Counted from the stretch's first letter, positions 29,237 to 39,807 are shown. The stretch: DNA of 64,000 bases from Pseudonocardia sp. DSM 110487 (GCF_019468565.1 NZ_CP080521.1:9651214-9715213); one strand, 5' to 3'. The notes: generated by a model from the sequence alone, not told the origin. Made by a program: numbers and translations.

Positions 29237-30146
29237 CTCGCAGCGCGTTCAGCGTCACCATCTGGTGCGCCACGTCGCCCCAGTCCACGGCCTCGACCAG
29301 CCCCGGCGAGCCGGGCGGTCGCCACCACGGCCGCACCGCGCGCCAGCGGCCGTCCGGGCGTTGCTTGCCGCCCACCAGGTGCCGAGCCCTGCTCGTGCGC
29401 GGATCGTCCCGGAATCCCGCCCGGTCGAGGACGACGAGAGCCTGCAGCACGTCGTAGTGCCAGTAGGGCGGGTAGTGCAGGTCGACGACCGACCGGTGCA
29501 GCGGCCGGTCCGTGCCGGCCGCGAACACGACATCGCGCGCGAGCAGCACTTCCGCCGCCGCCGCGGCGGCCGCCCGGCTGCGTGCGTCGCCCGTGGCCGT
29601 CGCGTGCTCGTGCAGCCCCCACAGCGCGGGCAGCGTTTCGTGCACCGACGAGCGGCGCGCCCCGCGGTGCCGGTCGCAGTTCCACCCGCCGTCCGGCCAC
29701 TGCCCGGCGACGAGCTGCTCGACGAGCCGGGCCACCCGCTCGTCGCCCGCCATGCCGAGCCTGCAGGCGACCGCCACCGCGTTCCCCTCCTGCGAGGCGT
29801 GCATCCGGCGGCGGCCGTCCACCACCGGGACCCCGGCGAGCCGGTCGGGCGCGGCCCAGTGGTCGAGCACGGCCCCCGCCGCCCGCACGGCGGGGCCGTG
29901 ATCGGGCGGGATGCCGAGCTCGACGAGTGACACGAGCCGCCAGTGCGCCCCGGTCCACTTGGCGTAGGGACGCCCCAGCACGGCCCGGTCCTCCAGCTCG
30001 GCGAGCAGTCCGCGCACGAGCGGGCTGCGCAGCGCGTTGGCGACCAGGGCCGGCTCGCCAAGGAGGTCGCGGCGAGCCAGCGCGCGGATCGCGGGGTCGC
30101 CCTCCGCAGCCAGCCGCAGGGCGACCGGGTGCGGCGCGGGGGGCAC
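29157..30146 (-). CDS. prenyltransferase/squalene-oxidase-repeat (alpha/alpha-toroid) protein
   Basis: Two QW-type motifs (QWPDGGW, QRPDGRW). GTG start at 30146 chosen (no in-frame ATG nearby). The 3' end overlaps the GYD gene by about 80 nt, convergently. Confidence 0.45.
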   Translation of the reverse strand: MPPAPHPVALRLAAEGDPAIRALARRDLLGEPALVANALRSPLVRGLLAELEDRAVLGRPYAKWTGAHWRLVSLVELGIPPDHGPAVRAAGAVLDHWAAPDRLAGVPVVDGRRRMHASQEGNAVAVACRLGMAGDERVARLVEQLVAGQWPDGGWNCDRHRGARRSSVHETLPALWGLHEHATATGDARSRAAAAAAAEVLLARDVVFAAGTDRPLHRSVVDLHYPPYWHYDVLQALVVLDRAGFRDDPRTSRARHLVGGKQRPDGRWRAVRPWWRPPGSPGLVEAVDWGDVAHQMVTLNALRVTRPAVGTTPARPRPSPAPQAGPPRR

Positions 30147-30351
30147 GTGCCCATCACAGCATCTCCGGCGTGCGCGGAACCACCAGCCGAGCGACCCCAA
30201 CCATCCTGCGTCCCCCGCGGTCTACTCCGTGGAACTACCGATGTGGAGGCAACGGATGAGCCACGATGATCGCAACGGAATCCGCGACGTCCATCGGCTC
30301 GGCTAGCGTTGCGCCGCGTACGGGTGACCTTTGGGGGGAGGTGGCCGCCGT

Positions 30352-30996
30352 ATGCTCGAGTTCCTCACCGCCGCGGTGAGCTTTCCCGCGGTGCTGTTCG
30401 GCTTCATGCTTGTCGTCGTCGTGCTGTACTGGCTGCTCGTGCTGGTCGGAGCCGATCTGGATCTGCTGGACGCGGATGCGGACGCGGGCGGCGGGATGAT
30501 CAACACGCTGGGCCTCGGTGGCGTTCCGCTCATGGTCGCGCTCTCGATGTGGATCACCCTGTCGTGGCTGCTGGCCATGATCGGCACCATCGTGCTCGGC
30601 GCGATCGCGGTGCCGGGCGCCCTGGGCGTCCTCCTCGGCATCGCGGTGCTGCTCGTCGCGTTGCTGGGCGGCCTGCTCGTCACGCGGCTCGTCGTCGTCC
30701 CGATCCGCCGTGCGATACCCGGCGCCGCTGAACCCAGCCGCAGCGACTTCGTCGGCCGCACCTGCGTGATCAGGACCGGCACCGTCAGCGAGACGTTCGG
30801 CCAGGCCGAGATCACGTCGGACGACGGCTCGTCGGCGATCATCCAGGTCCGCAGGCCCGCCGCCATGGCTGGCAACGGTCCGCTGCGCGCCGGGTCGGAA
30901 GCGCTGATCTTCGAATACGACCCCGCCGAAGAGATCTTCTGGGTGGACCGCGCGCCGTCCAGCCAGCCACCAAACCCTCTGACCAAGGAAAATTGA
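30352..30996 (+). CDS. NfeD-family membrane protein (flotillin partner, short form with C-terminal OB-fold)
   Basis: N-terminal TM helices plus a C-terminal beta-rich soluble domain. ATG at 30352 with GGGGGGAGG upstream. Its stop overlaps the flotillin start (TGATG). Confidence 0.75.
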   Translation: MLEFLTAAVSFPAVLFGFMLVVVVLYWLLVLVGADLDLLDADADAGGGMINTLGLGGVPLMVALSMWITLSWLLAMIGTIVLGAIAVPGALGVLLGIAVLLVALLGGLLVTRLVVVPIRRAIPGAAEPSRSDFVGRTCVIRTGTVSETFGQAEITSDDGSSAIIQVRRPAAMAGNGPLRAGSEALIFEYDPAEEIFWVDRAPSSQPPNPLTKEN

Positions 30997-33005
30997 TGGG
31001 CTCAATCGCCTTGTCCACCGGGATCGCCCTCGGCGTCGTCCTGCTGATCGCAATCGTCGTGCTGATCGCGGTCAGCCGAATGTTCAAGAAGGTAGACCAG
31101 GGCCGCGCGCTGATCGTCTCCAAGATGCGCAAGGTCGATGTCACGTTCACCAGCGCCGTCGTGCTGCCGGTGGTGCACAAGGCCGAGTTCATGGACATCT
31201 CGGTCAAGACGATCGAGATCGAGCGCACCGGTCATGACGGCCTGATCTGCCGCGACAACATCCGCGCTGACATCCGGATCACCTTCTTCGTGCGCGTGAA
31301 CAAGACCGTCGAGGACGTCATCAAGGTTGCGCAGGCGATCGGCACTGAGCGGGCCAGCGACCAGGCGACGATGCAGGCCCTGTTCGCCGCCAAGTTCTCC
31401 GAGGGTTTGAAGACGGTCGGCAAGCACCTCGACTTCGTCGACCTATACACGAAGCGCGACGAGTTCCGGGACCGGATCATCCAGGTCATCGGCACCGACC
31501 TGAACGGCTACAGCCTGGAAGACGCCGCGATCGACTACCTCGAGCAGACCCCGATGGAAGCGCTCGACACGAACAACATCCTCGACGCGCAGGGCATCCG
31601 GAAGATCACCGAGCTGACCGCGGTCGAGCACATCCGAACGAACGAGTACAAGCGCAACGAGGAGAAGGAGATCACCCGGCAGAACGTCGAGGCCCGGGAG
31701 GCGATCCTGGAGCTCGAGCGTCAGCAGGCCGACGCCGAGTCGAAGCAGCACCGCGAGATCGCGACGATGCGGGCGCGCGAGGAGGCCGAGACGCAGCGGG
31801 TGCAGGCCGAGGAACGCCTCAAGGCGCAGTCGGCGCACCTGCGCACCGATGAGTCGCTCGGCGTGCAGCAGCAGAACCAGGAGCGGGAGATCGCGGTCGC
31901 GCAGAAGAACCGGGAACGCGTGATCGCGATCGAGAGCGAGCGGATCGAGAAGGACCGGCTGCTCGAGGTGGTCGGCCGCGACCGCGAGGTGGAGCTCGCG
32001 CAGATCGCCAAGGTCAAGGAGGTCGAGGTCGGGCGCCGGGCCGTCGCGGAGGTGGTGCGCGAACGCGTCGCGGTCGACAAGACCGTCGCCGAGCAGGAGG
32101 AGAGCATCAACCGGCTGCGAGCGGTCGAGGAGGCCGAACGCGAGCGCCAGGCGACGGTCATCCGGGCGGAGGCCGAGGCGCAGCAGAACCTGGTCAAGGA
32201 CATCAAGGCGGCCGAGGCGGCCGAGGCGGCGGCCAAGCACAGGGCGAGGGAGCAGCTCACGCTGGCCGAGGCCGAGCAGCAGGCGGCCGACCTGCAGGCG
32301 AGGGCCAAGATCCGGCTCGCGGAAGGCACCCAGGCCGAGGCGGCCGCGGCCGGGTTGGCCGAGGTCCAGGTCAACGAGCGGGGCGCGGAGGCCATCGAAA
32401 AGGTCGGGCGCGCCGAGGCGCTGGTCGAGCGCGAGAAGGCCACGGTGGCGGCGGACGCGCTGAAGTTCAAGCTGCAGGCCGAGGCGGAAGGCCTGACGGA
32501 CAAGGCCGCAGCGATGGCGGCGCTGGACGAGGCGTCACGCGATCACGAGGAGTTCCGGCTCCGGTTGGAGTCCGACAAGGAGATCGCGCTGGCCAAGGTC
32601 GACGTGCACCGGCAGATCGCCGAGGCGCAGGCGGCCGTCCTGTCGAAGGGACTGGAGAGCGCCGACATCGACATCGTCGGCGGCGACAGCATCTTCCTCG
32701 ACAAGCTGATGTCATCGATCGCGCTCGGCAAGGGCATCGACGCGGTGGTGGACAGCTCCGAGGTCACCCAGGCCCTCGCGGGCAGGTGGCTGAACGGCGA
32801 CGGGAACGTCATCGAGGACGTCAGCAGGCTGCTGACCGCGGCCGGCAGCGAGGACGTGAAGAACCTGACCCTGTCTGCGTTCCTGCTCAAGATGATCAAC
32901 CAGGGTGGCCCCGACTCGGCGAAGGCCCAGCAACTGCACGCCCTCGCACACCAGCTCGGCCTCGCCGACGCGCCCGTCGCGAGCCTGCCGACGTCGGTGA
33001 AATGA
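30996..33005 (+). CDS. flotillin-family SPFH/band-7 protein (FloT/YqiK-like, 669 aa)
   Basis: N-terminal TM helix plus SPFH domain, then a very long Glu/Ala-rich coiled coil (EAEAQ… repeats). RBS AAGGAA. Confidence 0.9.
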   Translation: MGSIALSTGIALGVVLLIAIVVLIAVSRMFKKVDQGRALIVSKMRKVDVTFTSAVVLPVVHKAEFMDISVKTIEIERTGHDGLICRDNIRADIRITFFVRVNKTVEDVIKVAQAIGTERASDQATMQALFAAKFSEGLKTVGKHLDFVDLYTKRDEFRDRIIQVIGTDLNGYSLEDAAIDYLEQTPMEALDTNNILDAQGIRKITELTAVEHIRTNEYKRNEEKEITRQNVEAREAILELERQQADAESKQHREIATMRAREEAETQRVQAEERLKAQSAHLRTDESLGVQQQNQEREIAVAQKNRERVIAIESERIEKDRLLEVVGRDREVELAQIAKVKEVEVGRRAVAEVVRERVAVDKTVAEQEESINRLRAVEEAERERQATVIRAEAEAQQNLVKDIKAAEAAEAAAKHRAREQLTLAEAEQQAADLQARAKIRLAEGTQAEAAAAGLAEVQVNERGAEAIEKVGRAEALVEREKATVAADALKFKLQAEAEGLTDKAAAMAALDEASRDHEEFRLRLESDKEIALAKVDVHRQIAEAQAAVLSKGLESADIDIVGGDSIFLDKLMSSIALGKGIDAVVDSSEVTQALAGRWLNGDGNVIEDVSRLLTAAGSEDVKNLTLSAFLLKMINQGGPDSAKAQQLHALAHQLGLADAPVASLPTSVK

Positions 33006-36000
33006 CCGTCGACGTCGCCGAGCAGGACGCGGCCGAGGCGGGCGGGCAGACCGGACTCGACGGGGGCACTTACGAGCTGCTGCGCGCCCGGCTGGCCGAG
33101 CACGCCGCGGAGCTGGCCCGCCGGGCCGGCGCGCTGAACGAACGTCGCATCGAGGCGTTCGGCGCCGCGGCGCTCGAGCTGCTCGGCACCGAACGCATCC
33201 GGACCGAGAACAACTGCGTGCCGCGCGACATCGTGTCCGTTGGCGGGCACATGTTGTTCGGCTACAACGTCTTCATCGGGCTCAAGCCGGAGACGGTCGT
33301 CGACGACGTGTTCTCGCTCCACACGTTCTCCCGGGACGGTTCGGCGTTCCGCTTCGACGGCGCCGCGGACGCACTGCCGGAGCTGCTTCGCGACCCGCGG
33401 TTCCAGCGCGACTTCACCGAGCTGTACCGGTACTACAGGGACACGCGCCTGCTGCAGCTGCGCCGGGTCGAGGGCAAGTTGCTCGCGGTGTTCCAGACCG
33501 GCGGGCGTACCGACGACATCAAGGTGCTGCGCTGGAAGGTCGCCACCGACGGCGCCGTGTCCTACGTCGACAACCGCGGTGAACGGGACCACGTGTTCCC
33601 GCCTTCGCACGACTTCACCTGGACCGAGGCCACCCGAGACGACCAGGTGCTCGGCAGGCACCCGCACCTGTCGATCCTGGGCCAGGTGTTCGTCGAGACG
33701 CTCGGCGGCACGCTGACGATCAAGATCGAGAACAACACCGAGAGCGGGGAGGGGATCTACTCAGAGCCGGTCGACGAGCCGCTGCAGAGCCTTGCCGACG
33801 CCGACGTGGCGTACGCCCAGGTGGGGCCGATGATCCTGCTGCGCATCCGGCCGTACAACGAGCAGCGGTACCGGTACCTGGTGTTCAACACCCGCACCAA
33901 GCAGGTCGTCCGCGCCGACGCCATCGGACAGGCGTGCCAGCGCCTCCCCGAGGACCAGGGACTGATCTTCCCCGGTGGGTACTACCTGGCCACGGGCGTC
34001 AGCAAGACGTTCGACACCGCGGTCGACGACCTCGAGTTCGAGCGCGTGATCCGCTCGCCAAACGGGGAGGACGTGCTGTACGTCTTCCACGCCCGCGCCG
34101 ACGGCTTCTCGCTGCTGCTGCCGTACAACGTGATCCGCAAGGAGGTCTCCACCCCGCTTCCGTGCCACGGCTACTCGCTGTTCGACGACGGCACGATGGT
34201 GGTGTTCCGTGCCGTGTCGGACGAGCCGACGCGGGTCCACGCGATGCAGGTGTGGCAGACGCCGTACCAGTCCGACGTGTACGCCGCCGCGCAGCCTGCC
34301 GGGTCGGGCCCGTTCGCGCGGATCGGCAACGCCGACCTGGTGCGCGGCATCTCGGACTCCCTGTCGGTGTCGGGCATGATCGACGAGATGGCCCCGGCGA
34401 CGGCGGTGTTCGAGGCGCTGATCGCCACCTGCCAGCGGGTCTTCGACGCCTACCACTGGCTCGGCGAGCAGGACCTCGGCGACCTGCGGACGCCCCTCGC
34501 CAACCTGCAGAACACCGCAGAGCAGGTCCTGGACGAGTTCGAGAAGGTCACCGAGCTCACCGCGCAGGCCACGGCGGCGGTGGACGAGTCGGCCGAGCGG
34601 ATCGGCACCCTCGTCCGGTCGAGCCGTGGCCTCACGCCGCGCAGCGCCGACGGCTGGGTGACGCTGCTGGCCGACCTGCGCAAGGCGCAAGGGCACCTGG
34701 TCACCGTTCGCGAGATGCGCTACGCCGATCAGGCACGCATCGACGCCCTCGACGCCGAGCTCGATCAGGCTCTCGACGATGCCGGGAAGCGCGCCGTCCA
34801 GTTCCTCAGCGGCGAGAACGCGTTCGACACCTACCGCGCCGATGTCGACAAGCTGATCGCGGCCGCCGGCGAGATCGCGACCGTCGCGGAGGCCGAACCG
34901 ATCCGCGAGCGGCTGGCCGCCCAGACCGACGGCCTGCAGATCGTCACCGACATCGTCGGCTCGCTCGGCATCGCCGATGCCACCGTCCGGACGGCGATCC
35001 TCGAGCGGATCGGTGAGGTGCTCGGCGGCGTCAACCGGGCCCGCGCCACCGTCGAAGGCAGGCGCAGCGAGCTGCTCGCCCGTGAGGGACGGGCCGAGTT
35101 CGCCGCCGAGTTCGCGCTGCTCGGGCAGGCCATCACCGGTGCGATCGCCGCGGCGGACACCCCCGACGCGTGCGATGAGCAGCTCGGGCGACTGTTGCTG
35201 CAGGTGGAGAACCTGGAGTCGCGGTTCGGCGAGTTCAACGACTTCCTCACCGAGCTGGGCGCCAAGCGGGAGGACGTCTACGAGGCGTTCTCGTCCCGCA
35301 AGCAGGCGCTGCTGGACGAGCGCGCCCGGCGTGCGGACCGGCTCGTGGAGTCGGCCGACCGGATCCTGTCCAGCGTCCGGCGCCGGGTGGCCACCCTGGG
35401 CTCCCTCGACGAGGTCAACACCTACTTCGCATCGGACCCGATGGTCGGCAAAATGCGCAGCGTTGCCGAGGAGCTGCGCGGCATCGGCGACCAGGTCCGC
35501 GCGGAGGAGCTGCAGGGCCGGATCAAGGCGGCCCGCCAGGAGGCGGCACGCGCCCTGCGCGACCGGCTGGACCTCTACGGCGACGACGGCGAGACGATCC
35601 GCCTCGGCAAGCACACGTTCGCGGTGAACACCCAGGCCATCGACCTCACCCTTGTGCCGCACGACGGCGCGATGGCGTTCACCGTCACCGGCACGGACTT
35701 CCGCGCTCCGGTCCGGGACGAGGCGTTCACCCGGACCCGGCCGTACTGGGACCAGTTGCTGGTGTCCGAGACGGCGGAGGTCTACCGCGGGGAGTTCCTG
35801 GCAACCTCGATACTGGCGGCGGCCGAGGGCAACGGTGGGCTGGACGCGCTGCACGAGGCCGCCGTGACCGACGGCGGGCTGCTTGCCGTCGTCCGGCGGG
35901 CAGCCGAGACCCGCTACGACGAGGGCTACGAGCGCGGGGTGCACGACCACGACGCGGCGGCGATCCTCGACGCGCTCCTGCGGCTGCACGCCGGCGCTGG

Positions 36001-37978
36001 ACTGCTGCGGTACCCGCCCGCCGAGCGCGCTGCTGCGCAGCTGTTCTGGGCGTTCGGCGCCGCCGACCCCGCGCGGAAGCACTGGACCATCCGGGCGAGC
36101 TCCCTCGCAAGGGCACGGGCCGCGTTCGGCGGGTCGGCCGCGATCGACACGATGCGTTCTGAGCTCGCCGAGGCCGTGCGCGGCTTCATCGCGCCGCTGG
36201 CGAGCGCGGATCCCCCGGCACCGTCAGTTCGCTCCGACGAGCTCCGCTCAGTCGCGGGCGAGTACCTGTTCGAGGAGCTGGCCACCGGGAACCCGCAGTT
36301 CGTCACCGCGGCGGGAGCCCGCACGCTGCTGGAACGCTTCCACCGCGCGCTCGGTGGCGTCGACGCCGAGTCCCGGCGGCGCTACGACGAGGACGTCCGT
36401 GCGCTGGCCGGGGACCTGCCCGCGCAGTACCAGCTCGTCCACGCCTGGCTGTCGGCTTTCGTCGCCACCGCCGACGACGAGCTGGGCCCCGACCTGCCCG
36501 AGGCCGTCGCGCTCGAGCTGTGCGGCAGCGGCCTCGCGCGTCAGGACTCGTCGGCGGCCGTGTTCGCCGCCGTCGACGATCTGCTCGGCACCCATCCGCG
36601 CATCCGGCATCGGCGGCTCGAGTTCCGGTTGGACGAACTGCTGATCCGATGCAGGCTGTACCGCGACGAGCGGGTTCCCGGCTTCCGGTCCTACCAGCGG
36701 CAGCGACACGCCCTCGTCGAAGCGGAGCGGGCCCGGCTGCGCCTGTCGGAGTACCAACCGAAGGTGATGAGCGGGTTCGTCCGCAACCACCTGCTCGACG
36801 AGGTCTACCTGCCGTTGATCGGCGACAACCTGGCCCGGCAGCTCGGTGCCGCAGGCGACGCGAAGCGCACCGACCACTCGGGCCTGCTGCTGCTCATCTC
36901 ACCCCCCGGCTACGGCAAGACGACGCTCATGGAGTACGTCGCGAACCGGCTCGGGCTGGTGTTCGTCAAGGTCAACGGTCCCGCGCTGGGACACGTGGTC
37001 ACCTCGGTCGACCCGGGTGAGGCCCCGAACGCCACGGCGCGCCAGGAGGTCGAGAAGATCAACTTTGCGCTGGAGATGGGCAGCAACGTGCTGCTCTACC
37101 TCGACGACATCCAGCACACGTCCCCCGAGCTGCTGCAGAAGTTCATCTCGCTGTGCGACGCGCAGCGCCGGATGGAGGGGGTCTGGGGCGGCAGCACCCG
37201 CACGTACGACCTGCGCGGCAAGCGGTTCGCGGTGTGCATGGCCGGCAACCCGTACACCGAGGAGGGCAAGCGGTTCCGGGTGCCGGACATGCTCGCGAAC
37301 CGCGCCGACGTGTGGAACCTCGGTGACGTCCTCTCCGGAAGGGACGAACTGTTCGCGCTGAGCTACATCGAGAACGCGCTGACGTCCAACCCGGTGCTGA
37401 CCCCGCTGTCCACGAGGGACAGGTCGGACGTCCGGCTGCTGGTCCGGCTCGCCCGCGGCGACGACGGCGTCCGGCCCGACCAGCTCACCCACTCCTACTC
37501 GGCGGCCGAGCTCGACGAGGTGCTGTCCGTACTGCGCAAGGTGCTGCGCGTGCAGCAGGTGGTGCTGACGAACAACAAGGCCTACATCGCGTCGGCGGCC
37601 ACGGCGGACGCGAGCCGGACCGAGCCGCCGTTCCTGCTGCAGGGGTCCTACCGGAACATGAACAAGCTGACGGAGCGGATCGTGCCAGTGATGAACGACG
37701 CCGAGCTCGAGGCGCTGATCGACGATCACTACGTCGGCGAGGCGCAGACGTTGACGTCCGGGGCCGAGGCGAACCTGCTCAAGCTCGCCGAGCTGCGCGG
37801 ACGGCTGACCGCGGAGCAGGCGGAACGGTGGGCCGACGTGAAGCGGGCGTACCTGAGGGAGCAGGCACTCGGCGGCGCCGACGACGACCCGATGGCGCGA
37901 GCGGTCGGCGCGGTCGGCCTGCTCGCAGACCGGGTGGGCGAGATCCGAACGGCGATCGAGCGGAACGGCGAGCCCTGA
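33002..37978 (+). CDS. giant (1,658 aa) uncharacterised protein with C-terminal AAA+ (AAA_5/dynein/MoxR-like) ATPase domain, translationally coupled to flotillin
   Basis: ATG overlaps the flotillin stop (ATGA at 33002-33005). Near the C-terminus: Walker A LLLISPPGYGKTTL, Walker B VLLYLDDIQ, sensor-1 AGNP and downstream Arg residues. The N-terminal ~1,200 aa are largely alpha-helical/coiled-coil with no motif I recognise. Uniform codon bias over 5 kb. Confidence 0.8.
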   Translation: MTVDVAEQDAAEAGGQTGLDGGTYELLRARLAEHAAELARRAGALNERRIEAFGAAALELLGTERIRTENNCVPRDIVSVGGHMLFGYNVFIGLKPETVVDDVFSLHTFSRDGSAFRFDGAADALPELLRDPRFQRDFTELYRYYRDTRLLQLRRVEGKLLAVFQTGGRTDDIKVLRWKVATDGAVSYVDNRGERDHVFPPSHDFTWTEATRDDQVLGRHPHLSILGQVFVETLGGTLTIKIENNTESGEGIYSEPVDEPLQSLADADVAYAQVGPMILLRIRPYNEQRYRYLVFNTRTKQVVRADAIGQACQRLPEDQGLIFPGGYYLATGVSKTFDTAVDDLEFERVIRSPNGEDVLYVFHARADGFSLLLPYNVIRKEVSTPLPCHGYSLFDDGTMVVFRAVSDEPTRVHAMQVWQTPYQSDVYAAAQPAGSGPFARIGNADLVRGISDSLSVSGMIDEMAPATAVFEALIATCQRVFDAYHWLGEQDLGDLRTPLANLQNTAEQVLDEFEKVTELTAQATAAVDESAERIGTLVRSSRGLTPRSADGWVTLLADLRKAQGHLVTVREMRYADQARIDALDAELDQALDDAGKRAVQFLSGENAFDTYRADVDKLIAAAGEIATVAEAEPIRERLAAQTDGLQIVTDIVGSLGIADATVRTAILERIGEVLGGVNRARATVEGRRSELLAREGRAEFAAEFALLGQAITGAIAAADTPDACDEQLGRLLLQVENLESRFGEFNDFLTELGAKREDVYEAFSSRKQALLDERARRADRLVESADRILSSVRRRVATLGSLDEVNTYFASDPMVGKMRSVAEELRGIGDQVRAEELQGRIKAARQEAARALRDRLDLYGDDGETIRLGKHTFAVNTQAIDLTLVPHDGAMAFTVTGTDFRAPVRDEAFTRTRPYWDQLLVSETAEVYRGEFLATSILAAAEGNGGLDALHEAAVTDGGLLAVVRRAAETRYDEGYERGVHDHDAAAILDALLRLHAGAGLLRYPPAERAAAQLFWAFGAADPARKHWTIRASSLARARAAFGGSAAIDTMRSELAEAVRGFIAPLASADPPAPSVRSDELRSVAGEYLFEELATGNPQFVTAAGARTLLERFHRALGGVDAESRRRYDEDVRALAGDLPAQYQLVHAWLSAFVATADDELGPDLPEAVALELCGSGLARQDSSAAVFAAVDDLLGTHPRIRHRRLEFRLDELLIRCRLYRDERVPGFRSYQRQRHALVEAERARLRLSEYQPKVMSGFVRNHLLDEVYLPLIGDNLARQLGAAGDAKRTDHSGLLLLISPPGYGKTTLMEYVANRLGLVFVKVNGPALGHVVTSVDPGEAPNATARQEVEKINFALEMGSNVLLYLDDIQHTSPELLQKFISLCDAQRRMEGVWGGSTRTYDLRGKRFAVCMAGNPYTEEGKRFRVPDMLANRADVWNLGDVLSGRDELFALSYIENALTSNPVLTPLSTRDRSDVRLLVRLARGDDGVRPDQLTHSYSAAELDEVLSVLRKVLRVQQVVLTNNKAYIASAATADASRTEPPFLLQGSYRNMNKLTERIVPVMNDAELEALIDDHYVGEAQTLTSGAEANLLKLAELRGRLTAEQAERWADVKRAYLREQALGGADDDPMARAVGAVGLLADRVGEIRTAIERNGEP

Positions 37979-37996
37979 TCGCACAGCGACAGCTGC

Positions 37997-39244
37997 TCAC
38001 GCACCCCCTTCCGGCCCACGCACACCGTCGACGGGCCGCGCCGGGTGAGAGGGGGTGCGTCGGGGAGTGCCGGTCGAACGCGCCGAGGGCACCACCAGCA
38101 CGGTGACGACCACGCCTGCCGCCGCGAGCAGGACGGCGCCGTTGGCCGCGACCGCGAGCCCCGCGGCCTGCGCGCCGACCGGGCCGAGCACGGCACCGGC
38201 GAGTGTCGCCGCGGCCTCGACGATCCCGAACACGGCTGCGACCCTGCCGAGCGCGGATCCCGGGACGATCCGCTGGATGATCGTCCGTGGCGCTCCGACC
38301 ACCACCGATCCGGCCGTCCCGATGACAACCGCCGCGGCGACGGCCTGCGGCAGCCACGTTGCGTTGACGAGCATGGCGAACCCGACCGCCGTCCCGGCCT
38401 GTGCACTCGCGAGCAACCGCCGTGCCGGCATCCGGTCGACGAGCACCCGCAGCAGCGGAGCGCCTGCGAGGAACCCGACGCCGAGCGCGGACAGGACGGC
38501 GCCGACCGCCGTCTCCCCACCGAACCGCTGCACTCCGAGCGGAACGAGCAGGGCGCTGAGCGCCGCGTTGGCCATCAGGAACACCCCGGTCGCCGGCAGC
38601 AACGCCTCGACCACCCGGTACGAGCGCAGCACCGTCAGGCCGGCGCGGAACGAGGGCCGCGCACCGGCCGTTCCCGGTCGGCCGCGCGAGCGCGTGAGCG
38701 CGACGGCGATCGCCGAGACAACGTAGGTCGCCACGTCGATCCCGACGAGCGCCGGGAACCCGAGCACCACCAGCAATACGGCCCCGAGCGGCCCGCCGAC
38801 CAACCGGACCGTGCCGGTCACGACGGCCAGTAGCGCGTTCGCGCTGCTCAGCATGCGTCCGGTGCCCACGACCGCCGGCACGTGGGCCTGCATCGCCGGC
38901 AGGAACACAACGGTGGCGACGCTCTCGACGAGCACCGCGACGTGCACGATCCACGGCGCCTGCTCCGCCATGAACATCAGCGCGACCGCACCGGCCCGCA
39001 CCACGTCGGTCCCGATCAGCAGAACCCGCCGGTCCACCCGGTCGACCAGCACCCCCGCGACCGGGCCGAGCAGGAGGAACGGCAGGTACTCGGCCGCGAC
39101 GACGAGGCCGGTCGCCAGCAACGAACCGGTGGCGCCCAGCACGTGGGCCGGCGCGGCCACGACCAGGAGCCACGAACCGAGCCCGCTCACGAGGTTGGCG
39201 CCCCACAGCAGCCGGAAGTCCCGCACCGCCAACGCCTGGAACAT
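37997..39244 (-). CDS. MFS transporter
   Basis: 12 predicted TM helices; 415 aa. Confidence 0.85.
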   Translation of the reverse strand: MFQALAVRDFRLLWGANLVSGLGSWLLVVAAPAHVLGATGSLLATGLVVAAEYLPFLLLGPVAGVLVDRVDRRVLLIGTDVVRAGAVALMFMAEQAPWIVHVAVLVESVATVVFLPAMQAHVPAVVGTGRMLSSANALLAVVTGTVRLVGGPLGAVLLVVLGFPALVGIDVATYVVSAIAVALTRSRGRPGTAGARPSFRAGLTVLRSYRVVEALLPATGVFLMANAALSALLVPLGVQRFGGETAVGAVLSALGVGFLAGAPLLRVLVDRMPARRLLASAQAGTAVGFAMLVNATWLPQAVAAAVVIGTAGSVVVGAPRTIIQRIVPGSALGRVAAVFGIVEAAATLAGAVLGPVGAQAAGLAVAANGAVLLAAAGVVVTVLVVPSARSTGTPRRTPSHPARPVDGVRGPEGGA

Positions 39245-39328
39245 ATGTCTCCATAGAGTGTTCTGTCAGAATAACTCCTATGAGAACACATCCCGGGTGA
39301 ACACTTCCCGTGGGATACAGTGCGCGCC

Positions 39329-39781
39329 ATGGAGACGCTCGGCCCTCGCCTCCGCGCGATCCGCGCCGCCGCCGGCCGCACGGTCGCGTCGGTCGCCGCG
39401 GACGCCGGGCTCTCGGTGCCCTACATCGCCAACCTGGAGAACGGGCGGGGCAACCCGACGCTCGCCGCGCTCGAGCGGCTGGCCGCCGCGCTCGGAACCG
39501 GGCTCACCGTCGAGCTGGGCACTTCCACGTCGCCCGCGCCGGCCGGGCCGCCCGCGTCGCTCGTCCGGGTAGCGCGCACAGCGCGGTTCCGCCGGCTCAC
39601 CGCACAGCTCGCCGGGCCGGACCGCAGCCCGGCCGAGGTGGCGACGGCGCTGGTCGACCTCCTCGCCCGCGTCGGCCCGGCCGTCGGCGTCGAGCCCGCC
39701 GACGACGACTGGTGGCGCGTGCTCGACGCACTGCTGCTCGTGCGGCTGCACCCGACCGGCCGGATTGAGGACGGGAACTGA
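39329..39781 (+). CDS. XRE-family helix-turn-helix transcriptional regulator
   Basis: HTH_3 pattern ([49 protein letters not shown]). Divergent from the MFS gene. Confidence 0.7.
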   Translation: METLGPRLRAIRAAAGRTVASVAADAGLSVPYIANLENGRGNPTLAALERLAAALGTGLTVELGTSTSPAPAGPPASLVRVARTARFRRLTAQLAGPDRSPAEVATALVDLLARVGPAVGVEPADDDWWRVLDALLLVRLHPTGRIEDGN

Positions 39782-39807
39782 CCGCTGCCGGCCATAGCGT
39801 CGGTCCC

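Noticed and set aside
30147-30351. 21-aa micro-ORF (MWRQRMSHDDRNGIRDVHRLG) in the divergent region upstream of the NfeD gene
   Set aside because: Too short, no RBS, not distinguishable from chance in an intergenic region.
33761-36082. 773-aa minus-strand ORF inside the giant ATPase gene
   Set aside because: Antisense artefact. The sense frame is continuous for 5 kb with ATPase motifs.
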